A stretch of DNA of 53,716 nucleotides, filler included, from Bipalium vagum (taxonomy: Eukaryota), in assembly GCA_037834085.1 (NCBI GenBank). It is 3 parts of 3 records of this genome, joined end to end, with 100 filler letters (N's around TTAATTAATTAA, not from the genome) between each part and the next. Parts side by side here need not be neighbours in the genome. Positions count along the whole stretch, not along the records: positions 1 to 17,283 come from JBBMKC010072881.1; positions 17,384 to 36,855 come from JBBMKC010002364.1; 1 more part is not named here. One strand, written 5' to 3'. The number at the start of each line of letters is the position of its first letter. Position 1 is the first letter of the stretch. Positions 14,901-26,718 of the stretch are shown one piece after another. The translations under genes and the position numbers were made by a program. The notes under the pieces are model-generated. The model was not told where the DNA came from. It made no database searches and saw only the letters and a program-made list of their open reading frames with translations.

Positions 14901-15519
14901 TTCTTTTTCTCTTAGAGTTTAAGTATTAATTTAGTTTTGCCACGCACAACTTAATTTGTAAACAAATATTTTACGGACGCTGTAAAGTAATCTGCCTACT
15001 TTTCTGTAAAGTAAATAATTTTTCTCATATTAATTTGTTTCAAATTGCATTTTTCCAGAGCTTCTCGAATTAATTTAAATGTCGTCTTCGTAAAAGTAAG
15101 ATAATCCTTAAAATTTTGATAATTATTATCATTATATTTCAAAAAAAAATTTTTTAATTAATTTTTTTAAAATCCACAGACCAAATTGTAATTTTAACCC
15201 CAAATCAACTTAAAATGTTTACACTATTTATTACGTTTATGATTAGCTAAATAAATAAAATCAATAATTGAAATAATTTTTTTGGTTTTTAGCTTTTTAA
15301 CATAGTTTCTGTTTTTGAATTTTTAATAATGGAAATATAATTATAAAATTAATATAGTTATAAAATGGAAATATATTGTGTTGTATTTTGGATTTTTGTA
15401 AAATAATATATAATTTATAATTTATTATAATCAAATTATCATTATAATCAAATATATATATTTTCAAATAACTTTAAAAAGTAGGCATTTTGATTAATTA
15501 ATAAAATTTTATTCATCTT

Positions 15520-16563
15520 TAGAAATGGATATAAATAAAGAAGAAATGCGATGAAATTTTATTTCTTGAAAGGTAAAAATATCACACAGATAACTAAAAA
15601 GATTAATGCTGTTTATGGTGCGGATACGGTTTCGGATAGAACAGTCCGTGAATGGTTCGCTAAATTTTGTTCCGGAAATATTTTATGTCAAAGACACACC
15701 TCGTTGTGGCCGACCAATCTGTGAAAAAGTCGATAAAATAATTAGGAAGGTTGAAGAAGATGGGAATATAAGCAGCCACGAAATAGCTCAGGAATTTGGA
15801 ATTCATCATGAAACAGTTTTAAATCATTTGGAGAAATGTGGATATACAAAGAAACTGGATGTATGGATACCGCATAATTTGACTGAAAAGAATTCGAAAG
15901 GCCGAATTTCAATATGCCAAACATTGTTGAATAAAAACATGAGCGATCCATTTTTGAAACATCTTATTAAATGTGACGAAAAATGGATCAAGTACGATAA
16001 TAATATACGAAAAAAGGTCTTGGAATAAATGTGGTATGACCTCACAAACTGTGGCGAAACCAAAAATAACTTCAAGGTGGGATTACAAGGGAATAGTCCA
16101 TTATGAATTACTCCAAACAGGACAAAAAATTGACAAATTCCTACAGTTGGCAAGGGTACATCAAATAATTGCAAGAAAGCGTCCCGAATTAATCAATAGG
16201 AAAGGCGTTGTGTTTCTTTTATGACGCAGCAAAAATTGAGCGATCTTGATTGGGAAATTTTGTTATATCCTTATTATAGTCCTGATATACCACCGTCAGA
16301 CTATCATCTTCTTCGCTCATTGCAGAACTCTCTTAATGGTGTAAAATTAAATTCAAAAGAGAATTGCGAAAAAACTCATCTCACCTTTTTGCCAATAAAT
16401 CAAAAAATTTTTACAGTGACGGAATTTTGGCTTTTCCAAAAAAATGGCAAGACATTTTCGATCAAAATGGTAATTATGTAATGTAATAAATTTTCAATTC
16501 GACTTTTTTTCCCAAACTTTTTCATTTTACCAAAATTGGTGGAAACTTTTTAGACTACCCAAT
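15520..16563 (+). mobile_element. Near full-length mariner with frameshifted transposase
   Basis: ORFs 15606-16028, 15973-16224 and 16221-16481 carry WIPHNLTEKN, IKCDEKWIKYDN, WDYKGIVHYELL and YPYYSPDIPPSDYHLLRSL. Right TIR GAAACTTTTTAGACTACCCAATA ends at about 16563. Confidence 0.95.
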
Positions 16564-17212
16564 ATATTAAACGAAAATCATGTAAAAAAATAAATTCAGC
16601 CGAATCTAAGATCGATTCTGTAGGCTATTTGAATATTTGGATTTATTTGTGATATCTTTATTCTATGAGTATTTTACACGTCTCCATTAGCAACAGTGTT
16701 TTACACATTTTGAAACAGTTATTATTAATCTTATATACTTCAATAGTTTTATACAAACTAGTTTAATATTATTTATGTTTGAAGTTCAAAATAAATGAAT
16801 TTATCAAATAATTTTTTAATAAATTATCAAAAATATTAATGATATTTATTAAAAAATTATAATTAATTAAATAAAAAAATCATGTAATTTTTATCAAATA
16901 ACATGAGCTATTTGATCATACATTTCTGGGTCAGAATTATTAAAAAAAGAAAAAATTAAATCTCGACAAAAAAATGATTACGTTTTGTTTTGATTTTAAT
17001 TATTTATTTATTAAAATTTTGATCCAAAAAAACGTTTCTTTATCATTTTTCAAGAAAATATATTATTAAAACGAAAATATTAAACAGACACTAATATGAT
17101 AGGAAACTCTATTAACTCTATTAATTTCTTCAAGACTTTGATATTTCCTTTCAAATTTCAATTTGTTTTATAATTTTCAAATATTATTTTTTTCAGAAAT
17201 TATTAGAAACAA

Positions 17213-17283
<71 letters not shown>
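17213..17283. repeat. (AAT)n microsatellite at contig end
   Basis: Perfect AAT repeats running into the N gap. Confidence 0.98.
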
Positions 17284-17383
17284 NNNNNNNNNNNNNNNNN
17301 NNNNNNNNNNNNNNNNNNNNNNNNNNNTTAATTAATTAANNNNNNNNNNNNNNNNNNNNNNNNNNNNNNNNNNNNNNNNNNNN
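17284..17383. other. Scaffold gap with artificial TTAATTAATTAA linker
   Basis: 44 N + TTAATTAATTAA (17328-17339; stops in all six frames) + 44 N = 100 nt. Identical layout at 36856-36955. Confidence 0.97.
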
Positions 17384-18323
17384 ATATCAAAAGATTTAAA
17401 AGATCGTCATGTTGCAGATGTGGAAATGATACATGAAATAAACAATATTGAAAATCCTACTCCAAGAGAAAAATTAGAAAGAGCTTTAGTAAAATTAATT
17501 TTGAAGGGGAAGGTATTGTTTGAACAAGGCGTACCAAAGATACTAAAGCCAAAGGCTCGCTTAACCAGAGAAGCAAAGAAATTAGTAACAGAAAAACTAT
17601 ATGAAAATTCCAAAGAGCGTACTGCAGAAAAAAGAGAGCAGTTAGCTAAAGAATTACATAAGGAATGTAGAAGATCTAAAAATTTATTGAAAGTTAAAGT
17701 TTTTAATAAAGATGATATTTGGCCAGCAGATTTAACATTTGTACCGGGAGAAAGAGAATATAAAATAATTCTAACGATTATAGATTTATATACAAGATTT
17801 GCTTTTGCAATTCCATTAAAAGATAAAACTGGAATCTCAATCACAAATGAATTTGAAAACATATTTGAAACATATCAACGTATTCCTAATAAACTTTTGG
17901 TTGATAAAGGTTCAGAATTCTACAATGCAAACTTCAAAGAATTTTGTAAAGATAATGAAATTGAAATTTTATCAACCTTTAATGAGGGTAAAGCTGTTGC
18001 AATAGAAAAATTTAATAAAACCTTTAAGAATATGATCTTCAAAAAGTTAACAGAACAAGGTAACCGAAAATGGTTAAATTTATTATTTTATTATTATTAT
18101 TAATATTATAAAAATAAATCAAAGTATAAAGTTTTAGATAGGGTAAGAATTTTTAAATATAAAATAAATTCGGTAAGGGATATACAGCAAAATGGACTGA
18201 TGAAATATTTATTATTAAAAATGTTTTAAAAACCGATCCAATAACATATGAAATAATCGATTTCAATGGTGAAAATATTTTTGGAAGATTTTATGAGAAT
18301 GAGTTACAAAAAACCTTGTTTTA
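17384..18323 (+). pseudogene. Polinton retroviral-like integrase with N-terminal PLA2-like helical segment
   Basis: Open from the gap: ISKDLKDRHVADVEM...EKLERALVKLILKGKVLFEQG, then rve core IWPADL, ILTIIDLYTRFAFAIPLKDK, LLVDKGSEFYN and KAVAIEKFNKTFK. After a break the Polinton-type tail KWTDEIFII...TYEIIDFNGENIFGRFYENELQK follows. Confidence 0.9.
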
Positions 18324-18399
18324 ATTTGTTTTTATATATATATTTTATATATTTATTTATTTTTGTCTTAATATGTATTAATATAAACGCCCGTAGAAT

Positions 18400-19155
18400 T
18401 GGCTTCAATTTGACATATCAGTCGGTAAATGTGATAAAGTATTTCCAAAGTTATTAAGGTTTTGAAATACTTCCAAATTTTATCAAAAATCCCGGATGTT
18501 ATATTTTTTAAAGAAAATCGTCTAAAAAAATCAGGAATAAATTTTTATGTTTATTTCCTTCAAATTTTGAAAAAATAAAATAAAAAAAATGAAATAAAAG
18601 AAAAATAAATATTGAATATAATTTTAAATTCGAAGATCACAAATATTTCATTTTCAAAAAATTGACAATTTAACAAATTTAAAAAATGTCTTTGCATTTT
18701 CAAGAAATGTGACATGCAATTGAAATGGAATTTAAAAATCAAATGCATATATATATTCAATGCAGGGGGAAGCTCTGGAAAAATCAAAGGCTTTGCGAAA
18801 AAAAATTTTATTCCATTTCTAAAACAGAATGGAATTTTGTATACTTTGTAAAGCCAACTTCGTTGGATATTTCTCCTAATCTTCATAGAGGATATATATT
18901 AGAATGTGATTTAGAATATATTGAAGAATGTATTACCTTTACTTTTAGAATTATTACTTTTAGAATTAAGTATACTTTTAATGTATAAATTCTTTTATGA
19001 ATTTATATTACCAAAATTTCCAGATATAGAATTATTGTATTTCGATACGAATGCCTATGTGCTAAATATAAAAAGAAAAGATATTTATAAAGATTTAAAA
19101 GAAGATAACAAATTATTAGACCAATTTGATTTTTCTGATTATTCTCAACTCTGAT
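18400..19155 (+). pseudogene. Collapsed Polinton protein-primed DNA polymerase B
   Basis: GYILECDLEY and LLELSILLMYKFFYEFILPKFPDIELLYFDTNAYVLNIKRKDIYKDL..DQFDFSDY match the ILDLSK..MY.FHY and LYTDTDS regions of pPolB. Most of the gene is deleted. Confidence 0.82.
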
Positions 19156-20300
19156 TATACGTTAAAAAACGTACAGTTAATATTTTATTTTTTAATCTCA
19201 GTACAATCCATTATACCTCCTCTTATTTTTATTTCTATACATTTTTCATGTAATAAAACCACATTTTTTCCGTAAATTTATCATTATTTTCTATATCTAA
19301 AGATATGTTTATTGTGTTTAAAGATAAATTTTCAGGTTGATCTTTTAAATCAAAACAGAATATAGAATATAAATTTTTAAATTCTATTAAACTTAATTGT
19401 GGTTTATTATTGAAATATTCACATGCTTTTATAAAATTCAAATAAACCATATAAATTTCTCCATTCTCAAATTTCATTAGATTTAATGGATAAAAAGTAT
19501 TATCAACTTGTACTCTTAATGACTTAAATTGATCATGTATAAATAAACTATTATTTTTTAAAAGATTGGGTTTATTCTCTCTAAAACCTTTAAAGATATA
19601 AATTGGTTTCTTTTTAACAGAAAATAAATGTAAATTACCTATTTCTCCTTCAGGAAGAGGTCTTTCTATACAAAGTCTTGAAATAGTTTACATTAAATGT
19701 TTTTTCTTCATTAATTAATGATAAAAACTTGAATTAGGATTCTGTATTTAAAGTTATTTTTGGAATAAGTAATTTTAATTCAACTAATTTTATTTTTGGA
19801 GTACCTGTTTACCATAAAAAAATTTTTTTCCACATCTAATCTTCTTGTAAATGTTAATTCTAATTCCATATTATAAATAACTCTACCAAAATATTGTAAA
19901 AATCCAAATATTAATTTTAATGGAAATAAACCCCAAATTCAAAAGTTTTTTACCATCTTTCACAACTGTATTGATTGAATATAATTCTTTTCTTTTTTAC
20001 ATATCCTTTATTACTTTCATATACTTTTTTTTCATCTAATATGCATCCAAAATTTTTCCACAATTATTTTTACCAATCATAACAAAATTAGTAATTGAAT
20101 TTGATGGTTCTAAATATTCAATTCTTTTAATAGGAGCTGACCTGAATGTAAATTGCATTTGTAAATAAATATGGGAAGAAATTGTATAATATTAAAAATA
20201 GAATTATAAGTTGAAAAATAAACTACAGCTAATTCATAGTTTAAATTTCGATCAAGAATTATAAGAGTTTCAAAAGTATAGGTAATTTTTTAGTTTCTAT
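19150..20300 (-). pseudogene. Polinton/adintovirus major capsid protein (hexon-like) remnant
   Basis: GLFPLKLIFGFLQYFGRVIYNMELELTFTR (about 19845-19935), KIKLVELKLLIPKITLN, NSLFIHDQFKSLRVQVDNTFYP and ORF 19235-19477 (YSIFCFDLKDQPENL..INISLDIE) resemble conserved DJR-MCP blocks. Confidence 0.75.
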
Positions 20301-20349
20301 ATAAATTTGAGAACAAAGTCCAAATTTCAAGCAAAGCTCTCATTTAATC

Positions 20350-21144
20350 AGAATTTATATCAAATTTAACAAGTATTTTTTCACGTGTCTTCGGATTAAT
20401 TTTATTTTATTTTCTTAATTTATTCAATGTTCTTAAAATTAAATGATCCAAATTATCATGACCCGCTTTTTTAGCAGCTAATTATTTTCTTAAAGTTATA
20501 AATTGATCAACTAAATGTTTTGGTTTATAAACTCTATCTCCTTGACCATATCTTTTTATTGTTTCTAATTCTTTTATTTTCTTTTAAATATCTATAATAT
20601 GATCTGGCATTTACCTTGTCTTGTATAACTTCACAATTTTTACATGTATTGTTCCATATCTTCTAATTTAAAATCATTATAAATCTTTCCTTCTATCATT
20701 GATTTTAAATCTTTAGTTAATTCAAATTTTATATTTTTATCCTCATTTGTAAAAATTATTTTATCATCTTTTTCACTAGATAAATATGGGATTTTCATTA
20801 AATATTAAAATATTATTTTTATATACTGGTTTTAGTAATTTAGGTATCTTTTCACGAATATACCATTTGATATCGATATTTTCTTGATTAACATCATTTT
20901 GTTCATTTTTACTTTGTTGGTTTCCATCTTCTTCATCTTTTTAATTTTCTAATTTAGCAGAAAATGTTTTTCTGGTTAGTGCATTAGTAATTGGTTTATG
21001 AAATATTGTTAAATCTTGTTCTAAACCTTTTTCTGCTTTCCATTGATTTAATTGATTAATTTCAAATTCTTTTCGTGCATCAATTATTTTTTTTAACTTT
21101 TTTAATTCTCTTTTTATATAACTTTCATTTTTATTCGATTCCAT
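20350..21144 (-). pseudogene. Conserved Polinton/adintovirus-type hypothetical protein (fragmented)
   Basis: N-terminal LEQDLTIFHKPITNAL and C-terminal LVDQFITLRKIIAAKKAGHDNL..LILRTLNKL resemble the FKPIT and LVDRL.LL.ASK.AGN motifs I recall from Polinton accessory ORFs. Confidence 0.5.
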
Positions 21145-21279
21145 TTTTTATAAAAATAAATAAATATGAGATAAGATAAAAGTATTTTATTATTATGGAA
21201 ATTTTTTATTATGGCAAGTTGGTATTTTTGATTTTTGGTATGTCGTAATTTGATAATTTGGTATTTTTGATTTTCCTAC

Positions 21280-22240
21280 CTTGAATGAGAGTTTGAGAGT
21301 CGAGGTTCAAGGTCGGGTGTTACATACTACTAATGATTTCTGTTCGTTTGTTTGTAAGACTTTCTGCCATCAACCAGGAAATTGGAATATCTCATTCGCG
21401 TGGAACTTCGTGTCCTCATTTGCGAAGAACTGTGTCAGGTATGTGAGGATATTTTCATCAGAATTGAACATTCTCCCATCTAAAGAATTTCAAGGGAACA
21501 AAATAAATGAAAACCTGATTGACCAGGTCTGGTGCATATGATGTGGTAGGATGTCCCAAAAAAATCCATCAATTTTTGCCGAGTCGTCAAACTTATATGA
21601 GGTATTGCATTGTCATGGTGAAATAATGGTCTCTTCCTACTTACCAATACTGGCTTCCGAAGCTTCGAATTTTCACTTAATTTGTCCAGTTTTTCACAGT
21701 AAATCTCGGAATTTATCGTTTGGGTTTTGGGTAGTATTTCGAAAAAAGTTACTCCCTGTCAATTCCACCAAACAGAAACCATCGTTTTCTTTTTCTAGAT
21801 GGCACGTTGAGCTATAGCCTGAGTTGATTCATAACTTTTACACTTTAGACACTTTCGAATGAGATTGCGGTAGATAATCCCTCTTTTATCGCTCCTCACG
21901 ATTCTTCTCAGAAATGGGTCATTGTCTTCACTTTTAATTAGTAAATCGCTTATCTCAACACAATGATTAACCTTTTTCTATTAAACAGTTGGGAACAAAT
22001 ACACCAAACTTTAAGACACATCCAAGTGATTTCAAATGAGTTTGGACTGTTCAATTTGCAAGGTTAAATGTATTTCCAATTTTCCAGGTTTTCAAACTCC
22101 GATTTTCTTTTATCAACATCTTTTATTTCCTTATACATCCTCATACTCCAGCGGTCTTCGGTTATGTGGTTTGTCTTCTAACTCGAATTTACCAAAACGG
22201 AACTTGGAAAACCAAATTTGTCAAATTTTAAAATATATAA
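21280..22240 (-). mobile_element. Decayed mariner
   Basis: HTH QIWFSKFRFGKFELEDKPHNRR at about 22160-22220, LVYLFPTV, FHHDNAIPH, GTSYHII/APDLVNQVFIYF and IFQFPGWWQKVLQTNE. Confidence 0.85.
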
Positions 22241-22339
22241 ATATGAAATATATTAAATAAATTTTAAAACTAATTTCTTCATTATTAAAATCTACTAATT
22301 CATTACCACATTTATCATTAACTAGTTAACTAAGTTATA

Positions 22340-22870
22340 TTCGTGTGTAGTCATTTTAAATTTTTTATCAATTCTTCAGAGGTTTCCAATTCCAATCCTC
22401 CAAAATATCCACCAAATGACTTGGATAGTATTTCCAAACGATTCACAATTATTTCACAAAAAATTGGAATTACGTTCTCGTCTTCATCAACAATCTCTTC
22501 GAGTGATGGAAAATTTGAAATGCTACCTCTTTAAACTCTTTGACACCAGATATGTAACTTTTCTTTTAAAGCATTTGGTCAGTTTCCTGTAGCAAAGGTT
22601 TGACTTTTTCTCGAAATAAGAGGAAGAGCTTTAAAGTTCTGTCTCGGGACAATCAGCAGACTTCCGCGTAGTAAAACAAAACTGAATCCTCGTTTCCAAA
22701 ATCTTGACAAACCGAATTGAAGAGGCGGTAGTTAAAAGTACGACCCCTAATCAGGCTGATAATCTTTTTAGACATTCAATCTAGGACATTTTTCATCTTT
22801 GATGACATTGTTTTTGATGCTAAACCATGCCGTGGGAACATTGCAAATTCGGAATATCTTGTTCTAATAA
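22340..22870 (-). mobile_element. hAT transposase fragment (Buster/Charlie; ZBED8/SCAND3-like)
   Basis: MKNVLD*MSKKIISLIRGRTFNYRLFNSVCQDFGNEDSVLFYYAEVC*LSRDRTL matches the LKNVLD..VKIVN.IR.RALN.RLF..LC..MG.EH..LL.HTEVRWLSRG block. Confidence 0.8.
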
Positions 22871-25009
22871 AACAGATAAACGCTGATGTATTTTTTTCTT
22901 TTTGTTTTATATTATTACGTCTTAAATGAAACATCTTTTTTGTAAGAGATGATTGTTTTAAAATTTGACTACTCTATATAATTATCAGAAATGTTTCGAT
23001 AGAAATTTGTTTTAATAATCTCTTTTGGGCACCAAATATGATCCTAAAATATGAGTTTAGTAATTTTACGATTCTATAGGAAAGCACATTTGTCCGCGTC
23101 GAACACAGTCCGTCCTATATAATGATCCAAACATAAGAATTAATAGTTATCGAAAAGGAACGCTCGTTTCTTCACCTTATTCATAATGAGTTTGAAAACG
23201 ATCATGTCGAATTTAGAGTTTTAAATTTTAAAAAGGTAAAAAAATTCTTTCTTATATTTTAATTAAATTAAATTTTTTGGCAAGAGTTAAGAGTAAAGAA
23301 TGAATTTACATTTCTGTAAGGAAACGTCACTGTTAAGTGCTCAAAAACACCTAAAGTCTATTAAAATTAACTAATTAATAATTTGTTTTAATGTGCATAA
23401 ATTTAATTTTAGAATAAATAATAAAAATTTATTTATTTATTATAGATTTAATGTTCTCATTTCATCATTGACCATGACCACCTTTAAGAATATATTATGT
23501 AATGAAATACATTATGGAACACATTTCTTATTAGTAGTAGTAATTTAAATACATTAACAATTATTATAGGAAACCTATGTTTTTATCAGTGGTGGTTGAA
23601 ATACATTAGTAATTACTTGAATCCCATTTTGTTATCAGTAGTAGCAATGGAAATACATTTGCAATTATTAAGGAAATGTATTTTATCATACCATAACCTT
23701 ATATTGCCACCATTAACAAAGATGAGATGGTAGTAGATCATTGTGAAACACACCTCATTTTTGGAATGTGATGGATTAACATTAAATCCTATGCAAGCGC
23801 AGTATTAATTAGCCAAAACTAATGCCTGTTTTATTTGTTGGAATCGAATGCAACTAAATTAATTGCCATTTATTATTAATATTATTATCATTATATATTA
23901 TTACATAATTTATAATTTCTAGTATTTTAGCAAAACCTTATTTTTAGATAACATTTTACTAAGATATACTAGATATGAAAAACTAGATTGATGAAAAACT
24001 TTCAATTTCCACTTTATTATCTTTTAATTGCAAACACATAAATGAATTAAAATTTTAAATAATTGATGATAAAAATGAATTAATCGATTTTTCGATAATG
24101 AAGAAATTAGTTTTAAAATTTATTTAAAACAACTTTAATATTTTAAAATAATTATTTGAAATATCAAAATATATTTTATTTTTAAAATGTTTAAAAGTTA
24201 TATATTAAATATTTATATTAAAAATCAGTGAATTTTGTTGAGATTTTTGATGATAATACAGAAAAAATTAATTTTTATAAAAATTTACTTTCAATTCTGG
24301 AAAAGTAAAATTATAATATAAAATATTATCAACTCCAAGTGATTCTGATTATAATAATTTGATTATATTTCCTAAAACATATTTCTTACAACCAGCTGAT
24401 CAAAATATTCTGTGAGTTTGATTTTTTCAAAAGATATTTATGAAATTTTAAGAGAAAAAGAAAGTGAACTTTCAAGAAAACTATTATGAATTTAAAAAAG
24501 AAATGAATGTTATTTTATCTGATAGAAAGGAAGAAATTCAACTGCCAAATAAATTAGAAATTTTATATAGTTTCGTAATTACCTAAATAGAAATCCAGTT
24601 TTTGATTGAAAATTTTTTCGCAGACTTCTCATTTCAATTTCAAATTTGAGTCTTTATTTTATTGGTTATTTTTTAATAATTTTTACTTTTATATTTTTCC
24701 AAATACTTAATACTCTATATACTTATGGTTGTGGGGTATCATACCTAAGTAGTTATAAATAGATGAAAAAAATTATATAAGTATAAGAGCATTAAATGTC
24801 GAAAATGTTTTTTTTGTCTATATCTTTGAATTTGTTCAATAATTTAGATGAATATTTTAATAATATCTTTTCATTATTAATTAAAAAGTATATTTTACCA
24901 TTGAGAACATATATAATGATGCCATGTTTTCTATCTATCTATTATAATAAAACCTGTTTTAATTATGTACATTAAAAGTCGGAACGAACTTTCCGGAAAA
25001 CCCAATAAA

Positions 25010-25360
25010 TCTACTGGTATTCCTGGGTATCTACCGTATGCTAAGTAGAACTGCAGTCTCTAATGCTTGTATGCTCTAAATTGCACTGACATACTTTGTA
25101 AACATGTCATACTGTTACATACCCCCTGCTTGTAGATTTTAAAGATTAATACATCAACCAAAATTAGCATAACAGATATTTATATCTTGGGACATCAGAT
25201 AAAACTTCTAAAATAGGAAAACCTTTAAAATTATATTTATAAAATCTTTTAAGGGAGTGGGAAAAAATTGTGTCGCATTGCATAATAATAAAAATGCATT
25301 ATAAATTAATCTAATACATAACTATGGAAACTAATTCCAACAATCAATATGGTTACAATT
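25010..25360 (-). mobile_element. Small Gypsy 3'-end remnant just upstream of lectin copy 1
   Basis: On the - strand, FKGFPILEVLSDV (GPY/F-like), then PPT-like AGCAGGGGGTA followed directly by TGTAACAG (LTR start at 25119). Confidence 0.5.
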
Positions 25361-25607
25361 TCAAAAAGAATTAAAAACACAGAAGCATGCTTTTACAACC
25401 ATTTTTCCATGGTATCCATAAAAATATTATCTGAGTTTCTAAAATGAATTGAAGAATCATTGATTATTTTGGTATTTTTCGGCCAATAAAACATAAACAT
25501 TTTTATTTTATTTATATCTCAGCTCCGTGGGAATTTATCATTGTTATTATTTGAAGAATTTGTCAGAAAAAAATTAAAGTTGAAAAAAATATGAAAGGTG
25601 TCCAGAA

Positions 25608-26576
25608 ATGAAATTATTCGTTTTATCAATGCTCGTAGGATACGGTCTCGGATCACTGGGTACTTTTTGGACAATTTTTTTCATAATTTTAAACTTTATT
25701 AATTTTTTATTGTTTAGGGAACACAGTTATTTCTAAGAAAAGAACTACAAATGCCTCTGCCTGTCTCGATACTCGTTATCATAAACATTCTAATGCTGTG
25801 GACGGAAATGTTAACGGAGATAAGCATAAAAGTCTTTTTAACACTAAATAAATACTTTATAAACGCATTTCTTATTTTTAGAATCCTGCTATCACAGTTC
25901 TCTGTCTAATAGTGTAAAATGGTGGTTGGTGGTTCTGGACGTCGTTTCCTCAATAAGTAAAATCAGAATATATGGAAGGACGGACTGCTGCGGTATACTT
26001 TCACTTTTGTTTAACATTGATAAACATTTTAGCATGGAGAAGCAGCAATTTGACACTCCATGCCAGCTACGACAAAGAACTCGATTTCAATAAATCTTCA
26101 AAAAGGTTCTACAGAATTCGTTATTATCAGGGTCCACCGAAAAATCTTAATCAGCCTTTTGAGCTTTTTTTTTCAAGACTAGTTTATTTATTCTCCAATG
26201 ATGACTTCTTATTTTTTCTTATTTTAAGGTGTCCAGAACGATTGCCGTAACAAAAAAATTTGAAGACGAACCGATTCAGATTTGTGAGTTTGAGGTATAC
26301 GGTCATGCTTTAAAGAAGAATAATTCTGCTTTTTGTAAGTCTTTGGCACCAAAGAAATTTGAGCTAATGCCATTCTTAATAGATTCCAATAAACATGGAC
26401 CCATTGATTACGTTGGAAATGTTCAGAGTTTTGATATTACTCAAGGAAAGTCGCTGATTGAATGCGGCATTTCCTGTCTTGAGACCTTGAGATGTTTGTC
26501 GTTCTCTTTTCAGAAGGAAGATGAATGTCAGCTATTTGATCACGGTGGAGGAATGTTCTTCAACCATTTTCAGTAA
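25608..26576 (+). CDS. Secreted F-type lectin (fucolectin/FTP) + PAN/apple domain protein, copy 1 (6 coding exons)
   Basis: Exons 25608-25659, 25718-25831, 25882-25992, 26033-26181, 26229-26334 and 26383-26576 with GT-AG introns of 58, 50, 40, 47 and 48 nt give an open frame. It encodes signal peptide MKLFVLSMLVGYGLG, Ca-site AVDGN, CYH..KWWLVVLD...IRIYGRTDCCAWR (H-x27-RxDx4R, against the canonical H-x26), IQICEFEVYG, and PAN SLIECGISCLETLRCLSFSFQKEDECQLF. Confidence 0.9.
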
Positions 26577-26718
26577 ATGATGAGGCAACATTATTTTTAG
26601 GGAAACTTGTTTTAATTGGATATATTCCCAACTTTTCGTTTTTTGTGTTTTGTTTTGTTTTCATGTTTTTTTCAACACGTTCCGCTTTTTTCATTTCAAT
26701 AAATAATATTCGTCTTTA

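Larger units (their letters stand above)
17384..21270. mobile_element. Polinton/Maverick (adintovirus-like) remnant
   Basis: Clustered rve integrase (+), protein-primed PolB remnants (+), double jelly-roll capsid remnants (-) and a further Polinton-type ORF (-). The left end is lost in the gap. Confidence 0.88.

Noticed and set aside
17328-17339. TTAATTAATTAA palindrome inside N runs (also 36900-36911)
   Set aside because: Centred identically in two 100-nt gaps with stops in all six frames; an assembly linker, not biology.
24300-24420. pogo-like FPKTYFLQPADQNIL (and VKIIFLPP at about 33810)
   Set aside because: Single short motifs in very AT-rich sequence; insufficient to annotate.
25972-26250. 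ORF-track proteins MEGRTAAVYFHFCLTLINILAW... (and 34406-34684) as small secreted peptides
   Set aside because: They are read-throughs of lectin introns 3 and 4. The spliced frame restores the conserved RTDCCAWR and CEFEVYG motifs.
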